A DNA stretch of 64,000 nucleotides, from assembly GCA_038850735.1 (NCBI GenBank), contig JAWCLO010000010.1, forward strand, positions 4,117 through 68,116, in the 5' to 3' direction. Positions 58,324-64,000 of this stretch are shown here, one piece after another. Both the position numbers and the translations under genes were made by a program. The notes beneath the pieces are model-generated. The model saw only the letters and a program-made list of their open reading frames with translations. It was not told the origin of the DNA and ran no database searches. Position 1 is the first letter of the stretch, and the number at the start of each line of letters is the position of its first letter. This DNA is from Methanomassiliicoccales archaeon. GTDB taxonomy: Archaea; Thermoplasmatota; Thermoplasmata; Methanomassiliicoccales; JACIVX01.

Positions 58324-60005
58324 ACTTTACCTTTCTTTCTTGATCGAATGAAGAGTACTGCTCCAATGACAACAATGACCGCTAGTACTACGGCAGCAAC
58401 TATGAGTAACAAATCCGATCGCTCTCCATTCGCTCCATCATTTTCTGGCGAAGATGGAGTTGAGAAAGCATAGATGTACCCATTATCTGATGATACAAGT
58501 ACCATCGTATCTGTTATTGTTGGAGAACACATAGAGTAGTCTACCGGATCCAAAGGAATCTGCCAGAGAACATCACCATTCAGATCAAGTGCATAGATTT
58601 CGCTTTCATTGTATGTCGTAACATAAATTATATTCCCTGCTACGGAGGGCGAGCCCTTCAACAGAGCTCGTAAATCCTTTTTCCATTTGAGCGCGCCATC
58701 TATTGATATCAACGAGATGCCATCAGAGGAAGTAACTACAATTCCTTCGTTGCAGAGTGCGACTGAGGCCGTTGTGGCATTGACATCAACTCTCCACAGC
58801 TCTTCGCCATTGTATGCAAGAGCTACAACCCCACCATCTACCGCAACGAAACCTTCATAAGCAGCATAAGTCACAATAATCATATCATCAGTAAGCGCAG
58901 GTGCTGATCTTACTTTTCCGCCAATTGTGGCATTCCACAATTCACCAGTTCCATTAGCGTAAATGGCATGCAATTTGCCATCTTCCGATCCTATGTAGAT
59001 GATTCCATTTCGGGCGGCAGGAGATGAGAAGTATATTGATGATGCTATTTTTGTGGACCACAGGAGGGAGCCATTTTCGGCAAAGGAGTAAACAGTCCCA
59101 TCACCGCCGCCCAAAATGATTTGATTTCGATAAAAAATTGGAGATGATGTAATTCCAAGATAAGTATAGGAAATATTCGATTTCCACATCAGAGATCCAT
59201 CATTCTTACTAAAAGAATAAACTTGGCCATCAGTCGAAGCCACGACGATCATATCACCTGCAACAACAGGAGTTGAGATCTGGTAGCCTGATGCATTTAA
59301 TTCTGATCTCCACAGGATATCGCCAGAAAAATTTAGACAGAAAACCTGTGGAAGGCAATCATACTCAAATTCGGACCAATTGTATACTCCAGCTGTGCTT
59401 ACATAAATGCGGTTTCCAGAGACAATAAGACTGCTGTCAATCGCCCCGCTTTCAAGATTTAATTCCCATATTTTCTCGGCCTCTAATAAGGCAATACCCT
59501 GACTCTCTCCTGTATTAAATAGATCATGTCTGAAGCTCGTCCAGGGATAGCGATTGTCAGGAGTTGCATCTGGAGGAGTTGTTGACCAGTCCATTCTGTC
59601 CATCACGTAGCTCCATGCAACTGCTTTCAATCCATCGACTCGAAGCGCATCTGCACCCGTTGCAGATAATTGCCAATTTGCACAGGTTGAATTCCATACC
59701 CACAAATGCCAATATTCAAATGGCCAATTATTTTCTATTTCATTTATACCCAATATAAAAATTCCATATTCTGATTGAATATAATCCAAGCTTATACCAA
59801 GTGTTTCGGCTGCCTTAACGGTTGCATTAAATGCTGACATATCATCAGTTATCGATAAATCAACCCACTGCACTCGTCCATTGCCATAGTCAAAAAGGAC
59901 AGCGATTTCATCAATATCTGTAGCCAAATCATTATATGCATATGCATTTGCTAACATTGATCCCAAAACAATCATACCTGCTAAGATAGCAACCTGCCAT
60001 TTCAT
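58320..60005 (-). CDS. Cell-surface protein: signal peptide, DUF4430-like domain, PQQ/BamB-like beta-propeller repeats, C-terminal TM anchor
   Basis: N-terminus AILAGMIVLGSMLANAYA. The DUF4430-like segment is YWHLWVWN...VDGLKAVAWSY. Repeated G-x-(I/V)-Y-x(n)-DG-x-(L/V)-x-W blocks are typical of PQQ-like propellers. The C-terminus is LLLIVAAVVLAVIVVIGAVLFIRSRKKGKV. Confidence 0.75.
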   Translation of the reverse strand: MKWQVAILAGMIVLGSMLANAYAYNDLATDIDEIAVLFDYGNGRVQWVDLSITDDMSAFNATVKAAETLGISLDYIQSEYGIFILGINEIENNWPFEYWHLWVWNSTCANWQLSATGADALRVDGLKAVAWSYVMDRMDWSTTPPDATPDNRYPWTSFRHDLFNTGESQGIALLEAEKIWELNLESGAIDSSLIVSGNRIYVSTAGVYNWSEFEYDCLPQVFCLNFSGDILWRSELNASGYQISTPVVAGDMIVVASTDGQVYSFSKNDGSLMWKSNISYTYLGITSSPIFYRNQIILGGGDGTVYSFAENGSLLWSTKIASSIYFSSPAARNGIIYIGSEDGKLHAIYANGTGELWNATIGGKVRSAPALTDDMIIVTYAAYEGFVAVDGGVVALAYNGEELWRVDVNATTASVALCNEGIVVTSSDGISLISIDGALKWKKDLRALLKGSPSVAGNIIYVTTYNESEIYALDLNGDVLWQIPLDPVDYSMCSPTITDTMVLVSSDNGYIYAFSTPSSPENDGANGERSDLLLIVAAVVLAVIVVIGAVLFIRSRKKGKV

Positions 60006-60168
60006 AATTTCACCATTTCCCTGCGTATCTGGCTAATTCTTGTGGGATATATCATCCCACCTTACCCAATAAGCGATCCAATATTTATTTGTTATTTACA
60101 TTGAAGTACGAAAAATAATATTATTAGAAAAATAGTCAGTTTATTTAAAAAGGAATAGTTATGAATCA

Positions 60169-60753
60169 TTAGAGGAGATCGAAAGCAGCTGCTAGTGCGC
60201 CTCTTTCCGCAAGTTTAGGATCCGAAGATCTACCCACTATGATAACATCACCCTCATCAAGATCGAATAAGCTTCGAATGAGCTTCGCAACATCTGGCTT
60301 TCCTGAGTCCAAATCATAATCTGATGGGATTATCAATCTACCGTTTTTATAGACAATTGTGGTTGCACCATCGGCACCTGCTTTTAATGCAGCATCTCGC
60401 TGTTCGATTCCAGTACGTATCTGTTCGCTTTTTCCCTTAATCTTAACAGCAACTCCGTATTGTCCCATAGAGATTTCTGTCGGTTCAACGGATTTAAGTT
60501 CTATGGGTATATTTTTTAGGAGATCGATGCCTTTTGCAGTAATCTTTATTCCATTTCTTTTGACCTCAACAAGCTTTCTTTCTCTGAGCTGATCGATAAT
60601 TGTTCGCATGCTACCTTCGCCTATACCAATTTCCCTAGCAAGCTGCCTTCTACCTTTCAGATCATTATTGGCCAGAATCTGAAGAGTTTTATAGACATGA
60701 TAATCCGTAAAACGATGGATAGGTCCATATTTTCCGGGCACTAGTATTTTCAT
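60169..60753 (-). CDS. Winged-HTH protein with a DUF4443-like C-terminal domain
   Basis: wHTH segment RRQLAREIGIGEGSMRTIIDQLRERKLV. The family name is recalled from similar archaeal proteins. The start lies 3 nt after the SAM synthetase stop. Confidence 0.5.
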   Translation of the reverse strand: MKILVPGKYGPIHRFTDYHVYKTLQILANNDLKGRRQLAREIGIGEGSMRTIIDQLRERKLVEVKRNGIKITAKGIDLLKNIPIELKSVEPTEISMGQYGVAVKIKGKSEQIRTGIEQRDAALKAGADGATTIVYKNGRLIIPSDYDLDSGKPDVAKLIRSLFDLDEGDVIIVGRSSDPKLAERGALAAAFDLL

Positions 60754-60756
60754 ACG

Positions 60757-61953
60757 TTAAAATACAGGTAATTGACCATTTACTATTTTTTCTGTCACTT
60801 GCCCTATGTTGTCAAGCCAATAAGCTGTAATGCTCTCTGCTTCACTTTTGATTTTTTCAAAGTTTGCATTATTTGCTATTATTAATTGGATACTAGCCGT
60901 CTGCGGATCGAAGATTGGCCGACCTATTTGAGAGAGCAGTCTGACCCGAGCTTCGAGTACATCGTCACCGCACGTATTGGCGATTTCTTCCGCGATCTGT
61001 TTAGCGAGCAAGTTATATAATTTTCCTACATGTGTTACTGGATTCTTTCCTGCGGATGCTTCCATGCTCATCGGTCGATATGGCGTTATAAGTCCGTTGA
61101 CCCGATTTCCACGACCAACTGATCCATCGTCTCCATTTTCCATAGATAGGCCAGTAACAGTGAGGTAATAAATCCCATCCTTGTAATTATCTGCAGCATT
61201 AATCTTGACTTCGATCTCATTTGATGTAAACTTTACAGCATGATCTGCTACCATTTCTGTCAGCTCTTGAATGACATTTTGGTAATGATCGGGATCGTCG
61301 ATGTATCTATCAACCATTGCACACGCGATCGTGAGTACGATTTTACCATTGACCCTCGAAGCCATGACCTTGACGTCTTCTCCAGTCTCCTTCAATCTCT
61401 TTTTCACAGGCCCGTTGATAAATTTCTCAGTTTCGAGTACTACCTTTTCAGTCTCACTCAAAGGTGCATAGCCAACTCCGAATGAGGTGTCATTTGCAAG
61501 GAGTTTCTTCGTTTCATAGACGCTCGTCAAATCTACACTACCCTTCCCAATCATGCAATCCAACATGACATCTGTAGTCACATCTAGATTGGGGAAGTGT
61601 TCTTTAAGGTAATCAGACGCTGCCTTGATTGCCGTGTGTCTAATCGGCAAACGCTCCCCATTAACTTCAGTAGTGGCCCTGCCCACTAGCAATATATAGA
61701 TTGGTTCCAGAACGACTCCACCTCCAAATCTTGGAGCTGACTGACCGCCTACTATCTGCGTTTCATCAGTATTATGGTGAAGTATTCTACCATACCGTTC
61801 AATATATAGCTTGCATAATGCCCTACTCACCGACTCCGCAAGTCCGTCTGCAATGCTATCTGGATGACCAATACCTTTTCTTTCAACAAGTTCAACTCTT
61901 TGCCTCTGAATAGGCGTGTAGTTGATTCTCTCCACCACGATGTTTCGTGCCAT
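60757..61953 (-). CDS. mat: S-adenosylmethionine synthetase, archaeal type
   Basis: [15 protein letters not shown] signature and a 398-aa archaeal MAT length. Confidence 0.92.
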   Translation of the reverse strand: MARNIVVERINYTPIQRQRVELVERKGIGHPDSIADGLAESVSRALCKLYIERYGRILHHNTDETQIVGGQSAPRFGGGVVLEPIYILLVGRATTEVNGERLPIRHTAIKAASDYLKEHFPNLDVTTDVMLDCMIGKGSVDLTSVYETKKLLANDTSFGVGYAPLSETEKVVLETEKFINGPVKKRLKETGEDVKVMASRVNGKIVLTIACAMVDRYIDDPDHYQNVIQELTEMVADHAVKFTSNEIEVKINAADNYKDGIYYLTVTGLSMENGDDGSVGRGNRVNGLITPYRPMSMEASAGKNPVTHVGKLYNLLAKQIAEEIANTCGDDVLEARVRLLSQIGRPIFDPQTASIQLIIANNANFEKIKSEAESITAYWLDNIGQVTEKIVNGQLPVF

Positions 61954-62114
61954 AAAATGCCTCCTTATGATCTTAATATTCGATGCACATTAACTGTTGG
62001 ACGATTTTTCATCCTATGATTTGTTTAATTTTCTTGACGGCGAACCTGATTCTATATTTAAATACATGATTGACATAATTATTCAAATAGGAATAATTGA
62101 TATATCTAATAGAA

Positions 62115-62681
62115 ATGTTAAAATTTCCAGATTCTTCCGAAATAAAAAAACTTCGAAAGTCCCTTGATCTAACACAATCAGATCTAGCCGCTCTTTCAAA
62201 GGTCAGTCAATCTACTATCGCGAAGATAGAAAGGGGTACTATTTCAGGTAGTTATGAAATCATGACTAGGATTTTTAATGCTCTTTATGAAGAAATGCGT
62301 AGTAGGCGGAGAGGAAAAGTTGCGAAAGAAGTCGCTTCACCGAATGTAATTGGCGTATATAGTGATGATAAAGTCAAGAAAGCCTCGGAGATAATGAGAG
62401 AAAGAGGCTTTTCTCAATTGCCTATCTTTGAAGGAGAAATTCCCGTTGGAAGTATTACAGAATCAGGAATTTTGCGACTTGTTAAGGAAGGGACTGACAT
62501 GAAAGAACTTGCAGAAAAGCCGATATCATCGATCATGGATGAAGCCTTTCCAGTTGTGCCTGAAGAAACACCCTTGGACATAGTGACGTCGTTATTGTCT
62601 TTCTCGAAAGCTGTACTTGTGGCCAAGCGAGGAAAAATTACGGGCATCATAACAGATTCAGATGTATTAAAGCTCCTCTGA
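62115..62681 (+). CDS. XRE-type HTH plus CBS-pair transcriptional regulator
   Basis: HTH LDLTQSDLAALSKVSQSTIAKIERG followed by two CBS motifs (ASEIMRERGFSQLPIF and AVLVAKRGKITGIITDSDVLK). Confidence 0.82.
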   Translation: MLKFPDSSEIKKLRKSLDLTQSDLAALSKVSQSTIAKIERGTISGSYEIMTRIFNALYEEMRSRRRGKVAKEVASPNVIGVYSDDKVKKASEIMRERGFSQLPIFEGEIPVGSITESGILRLVKEGTDMKELAEKPISSIMDEAFPVVPEETPLDIVTSLLSFSKAVLVAKRGKITGIITDSDVLKLL

Positions 62682-63836
62682 TCATTCATGTTGCAAGTTA
62701 AATTCTTTTACAGCTTCGTACATTGCAATAACGTTTTGGGGAGGAGTATCTGGTTGTATGTTGTGAGCGGGGGCACATATCCAACCGCCGCGTTTTGACA
62801 AGATTTCGGCGATTCGCTTCACATTTTTCTTTACGTCATCGGTCTTTCCAAAAGGTAGTAATCTCTGAACATCGATACCACCATGAAAGCAGATTCTTGA
62901 ACCAAATTTCTCTTTAAGAATTTCGGGCGACATGTTCCGGGCAAGTGGCTGTATCGGATTCAGAATATCTATACCAATTTCAATAAATTCATCTATGTAA
63001 GAATAGACAGACCCGCAGGTATGATAAAACAATTTCGCGCGCGTTATTTTCTTTATTTCTTTTGCATACCTAGCTGTGTATGGTTTAACAAATTCTCTGT
63101 AGTCCTTTATCGACAAGAATCCACCTGTCTGTGTTCCCATATCATCATAATAGACTGCAACATCAATGAAATCTCCCACCTCATTGTAAAAGGTTTTAGA
63201 CACTTCGATCGCAACATCAGTGATCTTTGTCGCCATAGCATGGTAGAAGTCTGGATCAACCTTCATGTCCAGCAGCCATTTGTCGAACCCTCTTAATCCT
63301 GCATACATATGAAATATTCTTCCAGCGTATCCCGGATGTGCAAACACTGCAAAATCTGTTTTTTCGCTAAGTTCTTTTGCCTCCTTCCTCTTGCCTTTCG
63401 TGAAGACTGGGTCAAGAGGATCAGGCCAATACTGATAATTTTCAATTTCCTCTGTTGTCCTAGCGTCCCTCAGAGGCGCTATTTCATCCGGAATGCTCTT
63501 GTATAAGCCAGAGGATTTCAATATCAGACCCCATGCATCTCTATACAAACCATTTGGAAGTTTCTCAAGCGGCCTCCCGCCAATGCTTAGATGCCTGATG
63601 TCGACATCTAGTTTCCTTAAAATGCGTTCATCTATGTTTTGAACACAACTTAGCCTAGAATTAATCTGTGGTGTAACTGGATCAGAGAACCCAAAAGCTC
63701 GGCACAGAGCTTCATATCCATACGGAGGGCCAAAGACGATACCTGACACAACACCTCCGAAATCGGTTGGAATTCTATCTGGCTCTTTTAAGTTAATCGT
63801 CGATAAGACTCTATCTCTTGGCGTCATTTCATTCAT
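62682..63836 (-). CDS. Uroporphyrinogen-decarboxylase (URO-D) family protein, MtaA/CmuA-like
   Basis: URO-D-family N-terminus MTPRDRVLSTINLKEPDRIP and C-terminal blocks (FYHTCGS, NPIQP). The start is taken at MNEMTPRD; the ORF track extends to 63893. Confidence 0.75.
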   Translation of the reverse strand: MNEMTPRDRVLSTINLKEPDRIPTDFGGVVSGIVFGPPYGYEALCRAFGFSDPVTPQINSRLSCVQNIDERILRKLDVDIRHLSIGGRPLEKLPNGLYRDAWGLILKSSGLYKSIPDEIAPLRDARTTEEIENYQYWPDPLDPVFTKGKRKEAKELSEKTDFAVFAHPGYAGRIFHMYAGLRGFDKWLLDMKVDPDFYHAMATKITDVAIEVSKTFYNEVGDFIDVAVYYDDMGTQTGGFLSIKDYREFVKPYTARYAKEIKKITRAKLFYHTCGSVYSYIDEFIEIGIDILNPIQPLARNMSPEILKEKFGSRICFHGGIDVQRLLPFGKTDDVKKNVKRIAEILSKRGGWICAPAHNIQPDTPPQNVIAMYEAVKEFNLQHE

Positions 63837-64000
63837 TTTTGCAACACCTTTGTTAGATCGAAAATATGCTATCAATACTTTCTTTTTTCTCATGCGAAAT
63901 GCAGTAACCTAAAGTTGAAGGAGAAACCCTTATTGATGAGAGAAATTTTCCCAAGTGTCGATTGAAGGATCTCTAAATGGCCAGATTGTGGCACATCACT

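Noticed and set aside
60043-60061. A 7-5-7 palindrome (GTGGGAT ATATC ATCCCAC) upstream of the ECF operon, considered as an operator or riboswitch-like hairpin.
   Set aside because: Seven-bp inverted repeats with short loops are expected dozens of times per 64 kb. The 163-nt leader shows no extended conserved-looking structure such as a cobalamin riboswitch core. It is kept only as a note inside the ECF finding.
62682-63836. The MtaA-like URO-D family protein, considered as a hint of methylotrophic methanogenesis and pyrrolysine (amber) recoding.
   Set aside because: TAG is used as an ordinary stop in this window (rimI, tpiA, rusA). No corrinoid protein, methyltransferase MtxB or mcr genes are nearby. 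URO-D family members are widespread outside methanogens.
1-64000. A window-wide scan for CRISPR arrays, IS elements or transposases, integrases, rRNA genes, and additional tRNA, SRP or RNase P RNAs.
   Set aside because: I saw no regularly spaced direct repeats, no transposase or integrase signatures in any listed ORF, and no GC-rich structured-RNA-like islands in the spacers other than tRNA-Cys. This was an eye scan only, so short or degenerate elements could have been missed.

Overview
This 64-kb window is densely coded (about 66 protein genes and one tRNA) and comes from a low-GC archaeon. The archaeal assignment rests on several markers: fructose-1,6-bisphosphate aldolase/phosphatase, a short archaeal-type TIM, an archaeal-type SAM synthetase, Trm1, MptD, a long archaeal GluRS, class-III (pilin-like) signal peptides, and an intron in the anticodon loop of tRNA-Cys. 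A Thermoplasmata-like origin is only my guess.

The content is mostly housekeeping:
- Central carbon and energy: tpiA, fbp, a four-subunit 2-oxoacid:ferredoxin oxidoreductase, an ADP-forming acyl-CoA synthetase domain, ferredoxins.
- Translation: aspS, gltX, cysS, trm1.
- Nucleotide, amino-acid and cofactor synthesis: purA, pyrD, pyrK, hisD, cysK, cysE, nadA, mptD, a homocitrate/citramalate synthase-like gene, the SAM synthetase.
- Metal and redox homeostasis: feoB, a DtxR-like repressor, VIT1, SOD, a hemerythrin protein, a cysteine desulfurase.

I saw no rRNA, CRISPR array, transposase, integrase or obvious provirus.

The regions most worth a second look are:
- A five-gene ECF importer operon led by DUF4430 and beta-propeller surface proteins (54605-60005).
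- A co-oriented tRNA-Cys / cysK / cysE / cysS / radical-SAM block (27976-32292).
- A three-gene pilin-like cassette with no assembly genes nearby (37774-39266).
- An orphan, circularly permuted SPPY DNA methyltransferase in an AT-rich pocket (50112-51516).
- A lone RusA-family resolvase (7939-8475).
- A SAM synthetase flanked by two HTH proteins, one carrying a CBS pair (60169-62681).

All functional calls come from motif recognition in the supplied translations and my own reading of the DNA. No database search or numerical composition analysis was possible.
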